Source of the DNA: Gemmatimonadaceae bacterium
GTDB taxonomy: Bacteria; Gemmatimonadota; Gemmatimonadetes; Gemmatimonadales; Gemmatimonadaceae
Length of the DNA stretch: 64,000 bases
Direction of reading: 5' to 3'
Assembly: GCA_035570055.1 (NCBI GenBank)
Contig: DATMLM010000023.1
Location: forward strand, 5,876-69,875
Shown: positions 1 to 9,395 of the stretch, in pieces
How the letters are laid out: every line of letters begins with the position of its first letter
Numbering within the stretch: position 1 is the stretch's first letter
Notes under the pieces: generated by a model
What the model was told of the DNA's origin: nothing
Databases searched by the model: none
What the model saw: only the letters and a program-made list of their open reading frames with translations
Program-made: the position numbers and the translations under genes

Positions 1-254
1 TCGAGGCGGGACACGAGCGCATCCGGCCGGTGCTCATGACGGCACTCGCCATGATCATCGGCATGCTCCCAATGGCATTGGGCCTGGGCGAAGGTGGCGA
101 GCAGAACGCGCCGTTGGGGCGGGCCGTCATCGGTGGCCTTCTGGTCGCGACCTTCGCGACGCTATTCTTCGTTCCGGTCGTCTATGCATCCATTCGCGGG
201 CGGGTTGTGCCGCGCGACACCGGAGATGTGTCTCTGGCCGGAGTCGATCGATAA
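1..254 (+). CDS. RND efflux transporter permease (AcrB/CzcA family), C-terminal fragment; the gene starts upstream of the window
   Basis: In-frame translation from nt 3 gives ...[57 protein letters not shown], the hallmark last TM helices of RND pumps. Its stop TAA overlaps the start of the next gene (TAATG). Confidence 0.7.
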   Translation, partial: EAGHERIRPVLMTALAMIIGMLPMALGLGEGGEQNAPLGRAVIGGLLVATFATLFFVPVVYASIRGRVVPRDTGDVSLAGVDR

Positions 255-1435
255 TGAAACACGTCCGCACCATCTCCTTCATCATCCTCGTCGCGGTGGC
301 GCTGCTCGTGGGCGGGCTGCCGCGCATCGCCCGCGCCCGCCGGCTCGCCGCCGCGGCGTCAGCGCGCAGCTCGAGCGCAGTCGGCGTCCTGGTCGCGACC
401 GTGCACCGCGCCGCCGCATCGTCCGACCTCGCGCTCCCCGGGACGGTCGAAGCCCTGCACGAAGCGTCGGTCTATGCCCAAACCGCCGGCTACGTGAAGC
501 GGTGGACCGTCGACATGGGCGCACATGTCAAATCCGGCCAAATCATGGCCCAGATCTCGACGCCCGAGGTCGATCAGCAACTCGAGGCGGCCCGGGCGAC
601 GCTCGCGCGCGCGCAGGCCACGTTGCTGCTCAACCGGACGAATCTCGTTCGGTGGAAAGACTTGGTACGCGATAGCGCGGTGTCAAAGCTGGAGCTCGAT
701 GAGCACCAAGCGGCGTTCGATGACGCGAACGCCGCCGTAATGGCCGACGAAGCCGACGTCCGTCGGCTCTCCGCTCTGCAACAGTTCTCCTACATCGTCG
801 CGCCGTTCTCCGGCGTCGTCACGTCGCGTTCGCTCGACGTCGGCCAGTATGTGTCAGCAGCGAGCGCTGGCCCGGCGACCAGCGGCATTGGGCGCGGCCT
901 CTACACGTTGGCGCAGATCGACACCGTGCGACTCCTCGTCAACGTCCCGCAGTCCGTGAGCTCGGCCATTACGGTGGGACAGCATGCCGCGGTCAGCGTG
1001 GCTGAGCGGCCAGGCAGAACATTTACGGGGACCGTGAGCCGGACGTCGGAGGCGCTGGATCCAGCCTCGCGGACGCTGCTCGTCGAAGTGCGGATCCTGA
1101 ATACCGACGGCGCTTTGGTGCCCGGGCTCTATGCGGACGTCCATTTTCAGATTGATCGAAGTGCCGCGCCGCTCCTCGTGACGGCCAACGCACTCGTCAC
1201 GCGGTCCGATGGTCCGCAAGTCGTCGAGGTGCGCTCGGACAGCACCGCGCACTTCTCGCCGATCAGGCTCGGCCGGGACTACGGCAGCGAAGTCGAGCTG
1301 ACGGATGGCGTCACGGAGGGCGCGACGGTGGTGGTCAACCCGTCGGACGACGTGATCGAGGGCGCGCGCCTCCGCGTGGTCAACTACAGCGACCGACCCA
1401 ATAGTGCTTCGAGCGATACGCGAGTGATAAAGTAG
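254..1435 (+). CDS. efflux RND periplasmic adaptor subunit (HlyD/membrane fusion protein family)
   Basis: 393 aa with an N-terminal TM/signal, coiled-coil region (QQLEAARATLARAQATLLLNRTNL) and beta-barrel/lipoyl-like segments typical of MFPs. Translationally coupled to the upstream RND gene. Confidence 0.75.
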   Translation: MKHVRTISFIILVAVALLVGGLPRIARARRLAAAASARSSSAVGVLVATVHRAAASSDLALPGTVEALHEASVYAQTAGYVKRWTVDMGAHVKSGQIMAQISTPEVDQQLEAARATLARAQATLLLNRTNLVRWKDLVRDSAVSKLELDEHQAAFDDANAAVMADEADVRRLSALQQFSYIVAPFSGVVTSRSLDVGQYVSAASAGPATSGIGRGLYTLAQIDTVRLLVNVPQSVSSAITVGQHAAVSVAERPGRTFTGTVSRTSEALDPASRTLLVEVRILNTDGALVPGLYADVHFQIDRSAAPLLVTANALVTRSDGPQVVEVRSDSTAHFSPIRLGRDYGSEVELTDGVTEGATVVVNPSDDVIEGARLRVVNYSDRPNSASSDTRVIK

Positions 1436-2748
1436 TTGTAGCGCGCGGTCACGAGGTCCGTCCGTGCTTGGGCCTCGTTGAGCTGCGCGGTCGTCAGATC
1501 GAGGAAGGTGGCGACGCCATTCCGGTAGCGCGCGAACATCACGCGCAGGTTCTCCTCGCCCGTCGCCACCTCCACTTCCGCCGACTGAATGCTCTCCTCG
1601 GCCAACCGCAAATTGGCGAGGAGCGCTTGGGCCTGACTCAGCGCGAACCGGTGCGTGTCCGACGCCGTCGACCGTGCGACGTCCATGTTGATCGAGGCCT
1701 GCTCGACGTCGTTCTCCCGCACGAACCCGTTGAACAACGGGAACGCCGTCCCCAACTGCACGAGCCATCCGGGGCGCGTCGCGTTGATGTTGAGCGACGT
1801 GTTCGCCCAGTTGTAGCCCCCCGAGAGGGTAATCGTCGGGAGATACTCGGTGCGCGCGGCGTCGAAGAACGCGCGCTGGGACCGCGCGCTCTGGTCGGCC
1901 GCGGTCACCGCGGGCGCCTGCGAGACGGCCAGCGCGATGATCTGCGAGTCGGCGAGCGCGAGGCGGAAGTCGATGACCGAGTCCACGCCGGTCACGCCTA
2001 CCGCGCCATCGACGCCAACGAGGCGACCGAGACTGTACGAGTACGTCGACAGCGTGTCCTCGGACGCGATCATCTGTTGGCGCGCTTGCTCGACCGCGAG
2101 CTGGGCTTGGAGCACGTCGGCGCGCGTCGCAGTCCCGGCGCGCAAGTTCGCGGATGCGTAGTCGAGCGCGCGCACGGCGTTTTCGATCCGTGTGAACGAC
2201 ACCTGTACGAGGTCGTGGCCGCGGAGTACGCCATACGCCTGCTGCTCGGCGGTCAGCGCCGTGCCGTACTTCTGCTCGACGAGCGCGGCATCCGCGGCGT
2301 GGGTCGTCGCTTTTGCCGCGGCGATCTCCGCGGGCCGCCGGCCGCCAGTGAAGACATCGTAGGACGCCGAGAACCCCGCCCAGTACGCATTCGGCGCGTA
2401 CGTAGTGCCCAAGCCGGAGCCCGTGAGAAAGCTTGGCGTACTCTTCGCGTTCTCTTGGAGCGCATTGGCATTGAACACGACGTTCGGCAAATACGCCCCA
2501 TAGGCGACGCGCTGGCCGGAGAGTCCAGAGTGGACAGCGCCACGGGCTTGTGCAACTGCCGGACTGTAGCGCAATGCGTTGGCGACGACCTGATCTATCG
2601 TCAGCATCGCCGCGTATCTGAATGTCGTATCGGGGGGCAACGTGTCCGCCATCGCCCGCGCCGTCAGACCTGGAGTCGGCGCCGTGGGGGTCTGTTGTGC
2701 ATTCGCGATCCCCACAACGCCGACTGTCGCAAAGTACCAGAGCTTCAT
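1384..2748 (-). CDS. outer membrane efflux protein (TolC/OMF family)
   Basis: 454 aa with a signal peptide (MKLWYFATVGVVGIANAQQ) and two repeated helical/OEP-like halves rich in Q/A/L. Convergent with the MFP gene, overlapping by ~50 nt. Confidence 0.7.
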   Translation of the reverse strand: MKLWYFATVGVVGIANAQQTPTAPTPGLTARAMADTLPPDTTFRYAAMLTIDQVVANALRYSPAVAQARGAVHSGLSGQRVAYGAYLPNVVFNANALQENAKSTPSFLTGSGLGTTYAPNAYWAGFSASYDVFTGGRRPAEIAAAKATTHAADAALVEQKYGTALTAEQQAYGVLRGHDLVQVSFTRIENAVRALDYASANLRAGTATRADVLQAQLAVEQARQQMIASEDTLSTYSYSLGRLVGVDGAVGVTGVDSVIDFRLALADSQIIALAVSQAPAVTAADQSARSQRAFFDAARTEYLPTITLSGGYNWANTSLNINATRPGWLVQLGTAFPLFNGFVRENDVEQASINMDVARSTASDTHRFALSQAQALLANLRLAEESIQSAEVEVATGEENLRVMFARYRNGVATFLDLTTAQLNEAQARTDLVTARYNYFITRVSLEALLGRSL

Positions 2749-2785
2749 CTGTTACCTACGGACAAGACGATCCAGTCGTTGCGTG

Positions 2786-4777
2786 CTAATGCTTCTTTGG
2801 CTCAGGTGCTGGGCGAGGCGGTGGTGCTGCCGGACGAGGTGCTGGCGCCGCGGGACGCGGCGGAGGCGCCGGCATCGCCTTCGCACCACTGCTACGTGCC
2901 TGCACGTAGTTATTGTCGAGGGTGCGATGCTCGGTCGCCTGCTGTTTCGCGAGCGCCTGCGGCTGAACGTTCGCTGGCGGATTCGCGGCCTCTTGCGCGT
3001 GCCGGTTTTCCATGTCGTTCCGCTGCTGCGTATACTGCTGCGCGAGATTGGGATGCGGAGCCGGTGCTGACGAAATCGTCGGTTTCGGCGGCGGCTGCGG
3101 AACGCGTGTCGCGGTTGCCGGACCACGCGTGGGCTCGGCCACCGGTGCGCGCGGTTGCGATGGCGTGGGATGCGGCACCGGCGTGGCGACGTATCCGGGG
3201 CGGGCGACCGGCTTTGGCGCGGTCGACGCGGCGACCGCCGGACGCGCGGGCTTGAGCGTCACGCCAGGCCGCACCGGTTGATTGGCGGGCCGCACCGCAA
3301 CCACTGGCTCGGGTGGCCGCTTGATCGTCGCCAGCTCGGACGCTGCGGCTGGACGGCCGGGATGTGCGGCGAGGAGCTTCGCCTGTTCGTCGAACGACGG
3401 CGGTGCCCTGGGTGGTTGCCGTACCGCGACGACGGTCCGGTTGATGAGTGCGGCGGGCGGACGATGCTGAGACACGATCGGCGCGATACTTTGGCGGGTC
3501 GGGACGAAGGGCGCGCTCGATCCGAGCCGCGGCGCCTGCTGAATCGCACCTGGTGGGACGCGCACGGCGTAGCGGGAGACCGGCTGTCCATTTCGGAACG
3601 CGTTGTCCGGAACGACGGTCACCGCGCCCGCCACTTCGCGGTTGCGATACGTAATGTTGGTGACGTTGGTGACGTTCGTGATATTCGTCACGTTGGTGAC
3701 GTTCGTGATGTTCACGTTCCGGACGTACGTGTTGCTCACGTGGTACGAGGGATAGTACGCCTCCTCGGGCGCGAGCGGGAACCAGCCGACCCCGACGCCG
3801 CCACCGAATGACACGCCGGCGTTCCATCCGCGGCCGCCGACGAACGCGACCAGCGCGGGTGCCCACACCGGCCGCTCGTAGACGCGGCCCGGGCACCAAC
3901 CCCAGTGGTCTTCGGCGTACACCCAACGGCCGTAGTGGAACGGCGCCCAACCCCACGGCGCGTCGTCGACCCACGTCCATCCATAGGGTCCTTCCCACAC
4001 CCAGTGGCCGTAGTGATACGGGCTCCATCCAGCGACGACGGTCGTCGGCGTCCACACCGCGCCGTACGTCGGATCGTCGCGCCACCCGCCGTTCCCATCG
4101 AGATCGTCGTACCCCGCGATGTCGGCCGAGACGTAGCGCGCGGAGGCCGAGGACTCTTCGCGATGGTCGCGGTCGTCGCTCCACTGATCCCAGCTGTCTT
4201 CGGGGCCGATGTCGACCACATCGTACGTCGGCGCGTCGGTGCCGTTCACCGTCGCGGCCTGTTTCGCGTTGACAGTGAACGATGAGCCGGCCGCGGTCAC
4301 GGCCACTTGGCCGGCCCACACTTTCACGGTCGACTGGCTGCCGTCCGGCGACACGTCGATGCGATAGTCGCCAGCCTGGCCGACCCCGATCGCGGCGTTC
4401 GGCGTGTCGAACTCTTCGGACTCGCCATCGTTCAAGTGGCGCACGCTGACCGTCGCCGTGCCCTGCGTGACGCTCGCCTGGATCGTGTTGTCGTCGAGGT
4501 TGGCGATGTCGAGCTCCGTCCCTCCCGCCAATCGGATCCGAGTCTGTCCGATCTGGACCTCGGCTCGGCCATTCGAGTCGACCCAGACGCGATCGCCGGT
4601 GGTGAGCGCGCGGTTCGGCACGGCCGCGGCCCACTCCGTGTCGCCCGCGGGCCGCAGCGAGACGGTGCCGGAGATGTAGCCGAGCCGGCCGGCGCGGGTC
4701 GGGGGATCCTGATCCTGCGCGGCCGCGGCGACACTCAGCACCGCGAGGGCGATCGTCATCGAGAACACAACTTTCAT
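2786..4777 (-). CDS. secreted DUF6600-like protein with Trp/Tyr/Gly-rich repeats (WxPYHYGHWVW, YGWTWVDDAPWGWAPFHYGRWVY), an internal (N-x-T)x8 run and a ~280-aa Pro/Ala-rich C-terminal tail
   Basis: 663 aa with a signal peptide (MKVVFSMTIALAVLSVAAAAQD). The aromatic repeat block is characteristic of the DUF6600 family. The tail is low complexity (PAPRPAAPPPRPAPEPKKH). Confidence 0.6.
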   Translation of the reverse strand: MKVVFSMTIALAVLSVAAAAQDQDPPTRAGRLGYISGTVSLRPAGDTEWAAAVPNRALTTGDRVWVDSNGRAEVQIGQTRIRLAGGTELDIANLDDNTIQASVTQGTATVSVRHLNDGESEEFDTPNAAIGVGQAGDYRIDVSPDGSQSTVKVWAGQVAVTAAGSSFTVNAKQAATVNGTDAPTYDVVDIGPEDSWDQWSDDRDHREESSASARYVSADIAGYDDLDGNGGWRDDPTYGAVWTPTTVVAGWSPYHYGHWVWEGPYGWTWVDDAPWGWAPFHYGRWVYAEDHWGWCPGRVYERPVWAPALVAFVGGRGWNAGVSFGGGVGVGWFPLAPEEAYYPSYHVSNTYVRNVNITNVTNVTNITNVTNVTNITYRNREVAGAVTVVPDNAFRNGQPVSRYAVRVPPGAIQQAPRLGSSAPFVPTRQSIAPIVSQHRPPAALINRTVVAVRQPPRAPPSFDEQAKLLAAHPGRPAAASELATIKRPPEPVVAVRPANQPVRPGVTLKPARPAVAASTAPKPVARPGYVATPVPHPTPSQPRAPVAEPTRGPATATRVPQPPPKPTISSAPAPHPNLAQQYTQQRNDMENRHAQEAANPPANVQPQALAKQQATEHRTLDNNYVQARSSGAKAMPAPPPRPAAPAPRPAAPPPRPAPEPKKH
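3650..3718 (-). repeat. seven imperfect tandem 9-bp repeats (plus strand GTTGGTGAC GTTGGTGAC GTTCGTGAT ATTCGTCAC GTTGGTGAC GTTCGTGAT GTTCACGTT), in frame within the DUF6600-like CDS, encoding NVNITNVTNVTNITNVTNVTNIT
   Basis: Read directly from the sequence. It maps to aa 354-376 of the CDS at 2786..4777. Confidence 0.8.
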
Positions 4778-4971
4778 AGCTGGCTCCTCAACTCACGCCA
4801 GATCGCCACGCGGTCGCGGGTGATCTCGTTGGGTGGGTCCGTCTCGTACCACGCGGGATACTCGCCGATCGGAAATCCGCCGGTGTAACCCGGCGGATAC
4901 GTCACAAAGATCTGGCCGCCTCGCAGGCTATACTCCAAGTTCACTCGGTCACGCATCACCCAAACATACAC

Positions 4972-5547
4972 ATGACGAGCCCGAGTACGGCAGTTCTGGT
5001 CTTCGAGGGGTTCGCCGACTGGGAGCCCTCCTATGCATTAACCGGGCTTCGGCGTTGGGGGAAGCGGTCGGTCACGACATACGGGTACAGCCTGTCCCCT
5101 ATCACGTCGATGGGCGGGCTCCGCGTCATGCCGGACCGTGTCCTCGAAGACCTCGACGCACCGGAGCTGCTGCTCCTGCCGGGCGGCGAGATGTGGGAGC
5201 AGGGATACCCGGCCGATCGCCTGCATCCCATCCTGCATGATCTTGCGGCCAACTCGATACCCATCGCGGGAATCTGCGCAGCGACCGTAGCGCTGGCGCG
5301 CGCGGGCCTGTTCCGCGACCACCGGCATACGAGCAACGGCCGCGATTTTCTCTCGCACTATGCGCCAAACTACGAGACGCCGTCTCTGTACATCGATACA
5401 TCGCGCGCCGTCGCCGACCGCGGCATCATCTCGGCCTCCGGCCTGGGCGCCGTCGAGTTCGCGGCCGAGATCTTCACGACGTTGAGGGCATTGCCCGATG
5501 AGGCCATCGCGCAGTTTCGCGCGATGTATCGCGCTCAAGCGTCGTAG
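4972..5547 (+). CDS. DJ-1/PfpI family protein (class I glutamine amidotransferase-like fold)
   Basis: 191 aa with a nucleophile elbow AGICAATVALARAGLF and the family-typical PGGxxxxxL spacing. Confidence 0.75.
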   Translation: MTSPSTAVLVFEGFADWEPSYALTGLRRWGKRSVTTYGYSLSPITSMGGLRVMPDRVLEDLDAPELLLLPGGEMWEQGYPADRLHPILHDLAANSIPIAGICAATVALARAGLFRDHRHTSNGRDFLSHYAPNYETPSLYIDTSRAVADRGIISASGLGAVEFAAEIFTTLRALPDEAIAQFRAMYRAQAS

Positions 5548-5840
5548 ATGATGTCGTAGTGCATGACGCGCTGGTCGTAGTCGATGAGCGCGGCCTGGCC
5601 TTCGGGTTCGACGACCGCGCGGTCGATGTTCGCGCCGGCGAACGCGCGGACCGCGTCCAGTGAAGTCCAGCGCGTCTCGACGACGTATTCGATGTCGTGC
5701 GCGCGGTACTGGCGCAGCAGCGTGGCGCCCGCAAAGCCATCGAGACGTTGCAGCTGCGGCAACACTGTGTCGATAAAATGGCGAGGGTACCCGGACGGAT
5801 TCGCCAAGGCGGCTCGTCCGTGCCAGACGCGGACGATCAT
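5535..5840 (-). CDS. small ABM/Dabb-like (antibiotic biosynthesis monooxygenase fold) protein
   Basis: ~101 aa from an internal ATG (MIVRVWHGRAAL...). Its size and ferredoxin-like pattern fit ABM domain proteins. The assignment is weak. Confidence 0.4.
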   Translation of the reverse strand: MIVRVWHGRAALANPSGYPRHFIDTVLPQLQRLDGFAGATLLRQYRAHDIEYVVETRWTSLDAVRAFAGANIDRAVVEPEGQAALIDYDQRVMHYDIIYDA

Positions 5841-5850
5841 GGTCGCTTGC

Positions 5851-7737
5851 TCATTGTCGGGGCCAGATGTTATTGGCATGATCGATATCCGGGAGTGATT
5901 TGTGTGGATCGAGCTCAGCGCGGGTTACGCGCTTCGTCCCGGGCACGTGATACGTGAACCGCGATCCCAGGTTCCACATCTCGATCGGCAGTCGCACCGC
6001 TATGTGCGTCCCGTCTTCGAACGTGACGGCGAGCTCGGCCGGCATGATCATCGTCCCACGATTCGAAAGATAAACTTTGCTCCCGCTGACGGAATCGATC
6101 GCTTGGTCGAGCCGGGCCGTCGTATAGATCCACCCGCGCCAGAACCAGTCCAGGTCCATGCCGGACTCGTCTCGCATCATCCGAAAGAAGTCCGCCGGCG
6201 TCGGATGCTTGAACTGCCACGCACGGATATACGCACGGAACGCGGCGTCGAAGCGCTCTTTGCCGAGGACTTCGTAGCGAAGCTCCTGCATCATGAGGGC
6301 CGGCTTCTGGTACGCGTCCCAAAAGAGATCGTGCACTTCGGTCGGCTTCGTGATGATCGGCTGCTCGGCGCCGGGCACCGCGTGGTCCGGATAGAGGTGC
6401 AGCGGATGCACCTCGATCGTGTCGCCATACGGCGTACCCGCGAAATATTTCGCGGCGTTGCCGAGGTCGATGAACGTGTTGAAGCCCTCGTCCATCCAGG
6501 GGTATAGCCGCTCGTTCGACCCGACGACCATCGGGAACCACTCGTGCCCGAACTCGTGCGCGAGGACCCACTGCTGCTCCTCGCGGCTCGGGCTGTTCGG
6601 CACGAACGTCAGCATCGGGTATTCCATGCCTTCGATCGGGCCCTCGACCGTGGTGGCGTGCGAGTACGGATACGGGAACCATTGCTCGCTGAAATACTGG
6701 ATCGCTCCCCGGGCCATCCGGTTCGCCTCTTCCCACTTGTCGGCGGATGGCCTGTAGAGAGTTTCAATCAGGATGCCACGATACCCACTCGCATCCCACC
6801 GAAAGTTCGGCGCGGCCGCGAAGGCCAAGTCGCGCACGCTGTCGGCCACGAAATGCCAGGTCAGCGTGCCGTTGGCCGTTGGTCTCGTCTGTCCGGCATC
6901 GCCGGCTTCCTGCTTGCTGATCACGGCAATCGCGGTGTCGGACGCTAACGCGCGCCGAAGGCGCGTGCGTTCCCGTTCCGTGAGCACGACGTCGGGATTC
7001 TGCAGCCGCCCGGTCGCCGCGACGATGTAGGACGCAGGCACGGTGATGAGCGCATCGAAGTGCCCGTACTCGAGATAGAACTCTCCGGCGCCGATATACG
7101 GCTCATGGTTCCACCCGTGCACATCGTCATAGACAGCCATGCGCGGATACCATTGCGCGATCTCGTAGAGCGTCCCGTCGTGTCCCATGCGCCCAGCGCC
7201 TTGCTCGGGCACATGGAATGACCACGCGAGATCCAAGTCGATGGTGTCGCCGGGAGCCAAGGGCCGGGCGAGATCGATCCGCATAGTTGTTCCGTAGATC
7301 GACTTTTGGGCTGCCTTGCCGCCGACTCTGACCGAGTCGAGCGTGAGGCCACCCGCGAACCCTTGGCACGAGAAGTCGAACGTCGATCCGAGGAACACGA
7401 GCGGCGGCTGATCGAGCACGTTCGTGATGCTCGACGGCGCGCAAATGTTCTGCTCCAGGAACATCCAGAGGTAGGGCAGTGCGTCGGGCGACCGATTGAC
7501 GTAATGGATGGTCTCGCGCCCCCGCACCTCGTTGTTCGCGGGATCGAGCGCAGCGCGAATCCGATAGTCGACGCGCTGCTGCCAATAGCGCGGCCCAGGC
7601 CGGCCCGCGGCGGTCCGGTATTCGTTCGGCGTACTCAGCCCGAGCGGCCGGAATGGCGATGAGTCGGCGACGCTCTGCGCCGGCAGCGGTGCGGCGGCGA
7701 GGACGCCGATCAGGATGAGGCGACACGGTGCGTTCAT
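5851..7737 (-). CDS. M1 family aminopeptidase (secreted/periplasmic)
   Basis: Signal peptide MNAPCRLILIGVLAAAPLPAQS. Zinc motif HEFGHEWFPMVVGSNERLYPWMDEGFNTF (HExxH...E) plus an M1 exopeptidase-like region. Confidence 0.8.
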   Translation of the reverse strand: MNAPCRLILIGVLAAAPLPAQSVADSSPFRPLGLSTPNEYRTAAGRPGPRYWQQRVDYRIRAALDPANNEVRGRETIHYVNRSPDALPYLWMFLEQNICAPSSITNVLDQPPLVFLGSTFDFSCQGFAGGLTLDSVRVGGKAAQKSIYGTTMRIDLARPLAPGDTIDLDLAWSFHVPEQGAGRMGHDGTLYEIAQWYPRMAVYDDVHGWNHEPYIGAGEFYLEYGHFDALITVPASYIVAATGRLQNPDVVLTERERTRLRRALASDTAIAVISKQEAGDAGQTRPTANGTLTWHFVADSVRDLAFAAAPNFRWDASGYRGILIETLYRPSADKWEEANRMARGAIQYFSEQWFPYPYSHATTVEGPIEGMEYPMLTFVPNSPSREEQQWVLAHEFGHEWFPMVVGSNERLYPWMDEGFNTFIDLGNAAKYFAGTPYGDTIEVHPLHLYPDHAVPGAEQPIITKPTEVHDLFWDAYQKPALMMQELRYEVLGKERFDAAFRAYIRAWQFKHPTPADFFRMMRDESGMDLDWFWRGWIYTTARLDQAIDSVSGSKVYLSNRGTMIMPAELAVTFEDGTHIAVRLPIEMWNLGSRFTYHVPGTKRVTRAELDPHKSLPDIDHANNIWPRQ

Positions 7738-7819
7738 GGCCCAAGAAAATCGCACTCGGTCGAGTCCGGCGTTAGGGTAGGTTGTTACACGACCTCCATG
7801 TCTTAATGGGCGGGATTGT

Positions 7820-9394
7820 GTGAAACTTCACTCTGCCGCCCACCCACTGAGTCACATGTTCCAAATGATGCTCGTGCAGGCCCTTGCGGCCGCCGCCGTC
7901 GCGACTTCGCAGCCGCCATTCATCGTCCAGCCCTATCTCCAGCTCGGCGACGCCCCCTCCGCCGGCGAGACGGTGACGATGGCCCTCCTCTGGCATTCGG
8001 ACACGACGAGCGCCGAGTGGACGGTCGATCTCAAGCCGGCGGGTGCGACCGCGTGGAAGCCGCAGCGGACGTTCTATCCGTCGCGCATTAACGTGCCTGG
8101 TCTCGATCCGTACGACGTCTATCACGGCACGCTCGGCGATCTCGCGCCGGGATCGACCTTCCAGTACCGCGTCAAGCGCAATGGCACCGTCGTCTTCACG
8201 AGCTCGGGACTCTCACGCAAGGCCGCGAGCGAGCCGTATCGCGTGGTCGTGTTCGGCGACGCCGGCCAGAATACGCCCGGGCAACGGGCGATCGCGTACC
8301 GCGCGTACCTCGAGCACCCGGATTTCGTGGCGATCCCCGGTGACATCGTGTACGGCTCCGGCCGGATGAGCGAATACCGCACGAAGTTCTTTCCGATCTA
8401 TAACGCGGACAGCGCGTCGCCGGCCAACGGGGCGCCGCTCACGCGATCGATTCCGTTCGTCGCGGCCATCGGCAATCACGACGCGAGCTATGCCCGCAAC
8501 CCGAACGACTCGATGGCGGACTACGGCGGATTCTTCGCCTTCTGGTCGATGCCGCTCAACGGCCCGACCACGAAGCCCGGCCACAACGCGCCGCTCATGG
8601 CGAGCGATTCGACGCTGGCGGCCGCGCTCGCGCGAAGCTACGGGCCCAACTATCCGCGTATGGCGAACTACTCGTTCGACTACGGGAATACGCACTGGAC
8701 GGTGCTCGATGCCGATCCGTACATGGACTGGACGGACCCCGTCTTGCGGAACTGGGTCGCGCAGGATCTGGCGCACGCGGCCGGCGCAACCTGGCGGTTC
8801 GTGATGTTCCATCAACCGGGATTCAACTCGTCGCGCGAGCATTTCACCGAGCAGCAAATGCGGCTCATGTCCGATGTGTTCGAGGCCGGCAACGTCGATC
8901 TCGTGCTGATGGGGCACGTGCACAACTACCAGCGCTCGTACCCGATGACCTTTCTCCCGAAGCTCTCGGGCGACCCCAAGACCGCGATCGATGGAACGTT
9001 GCACGCACCGGACTGGTATCGCACCAATGGCCGTCTGCCGTTCACCATCGACGGCGACTACCGGTTCGACCATGAGTTCGATGGCGTGAAGCGCACCGTG
9101 CCCAAGGGCATCATCTACATCGTGACGGGTGGCGGCGGCGCCGAGCTCTACAACCCCGAGCAGACAGGAGACCGGGGCAGTTGGCAGGCTTTTACTTACG
9201 CGTTCGAGGCCACGCAGCATTCGCTGAGCGCGATCGATGTCAAAGGCCGGACGATCACGTTCCGGCAGATCGGCGCCGACGGCTCGTTGATCGATCACTT
9301 CACGATCACGAAGCCCGTGCCGACGATTGCCGCTAAGCCAGGCAAGACGCTGGCGGTTCGCTCTGGTGGACGCTCGCCGGCGGGATCGCCATAG
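7820..9394 (+). CDS. metallophosphoesterase (calcineurin-like / purple acid phosphatase-like)
   Basis: Motifs GDAGQN, GDIVYG, GNHD and GHVHNYQRSYP (the dimetal phosphoesterase signature). The start is ambiguous between 7820 and 7856 (MFQMMLVQALAAAAVA signal). Confidence 0.75.
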   Translation: MKLHSAAHPLSHMFQMMLVQALAAAAVATSQPPFIVQPYLQLGDAPSAGETVTMALLWHSDTTSAEWTVDLKPAGATAWKPQRTFYPSRINVPGLDPYDVYHGTLGDLAPGSTFQYRVKRNGTVVFTSSGLSRKAASEPYRVVVFGDAGQNTPGQRAIAYRAYLEHPDFVAIPGDIVYGSGRMSEYRTKFFPIYNADSASPANGAPLTRSIPFVAAIGNHDASYARNPNDSMADYGGFFAFWSMPLNGPTTKPGHNAPLMASDSTLAAALARSYGPNYPRMANYSFDYGNTHWTVLDADPYMDWTDPVLRNWVAQDLAHAAGATWRFVMFHQPGFNSSREHFTEQQMRLMSDVFEAGNVDLVLMGHVHNYQRSYPMTFLPKLSGDPKTAIDGTLHAPDWYRTNGRLPFTIDGDYRFDHEFDGVKRTVPKGIIYIVTGGGGAELYNPEQTGDRGSWQAFTYAFEATQHSLSAIDVKGRTITFRQIGADGSLIDHFTITKPVPTIAAKPGKTLAVRSGGRSPAGSP

Positions 9395-9395
9395 C

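Noticed and set aside
1468-3255. Long ORFs antisense to annotated genes. Examples: 1468..3255(+), 2910..4634(-), 8213..9448(-), 11558..12775(+), 13806..14786(+), 14909..16393(-), 16231..17160(-), 35408..36283(-), 41844..43235(+), 43386..44423(+), 47207..48490(-), 49042..50301(-), 52565..53785(-), 54664..55767(-), 60207..61412(-).
   Set aside because: Their translations are Arg/Pro/Gly/Ala-rich with no domain signatures. In a 68%-GC genome stop codons are rare in the wrong frames. In each case the opposite strand encodes a recognisable protein family.
4774-4971. 65-aa ORF exactly filling the gap between the divergent DUF6600-like and DJ-1 genes (GTG start back-to-back with the DJ-1 ATG, ATGA overlap with the DUF6600 start).
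   Set aside because: It leaves no room for either gene's promoter and has no recognisable features. It is more likely a chance ORF over a divergent promoter region, although translational coupling cannot be excluded.
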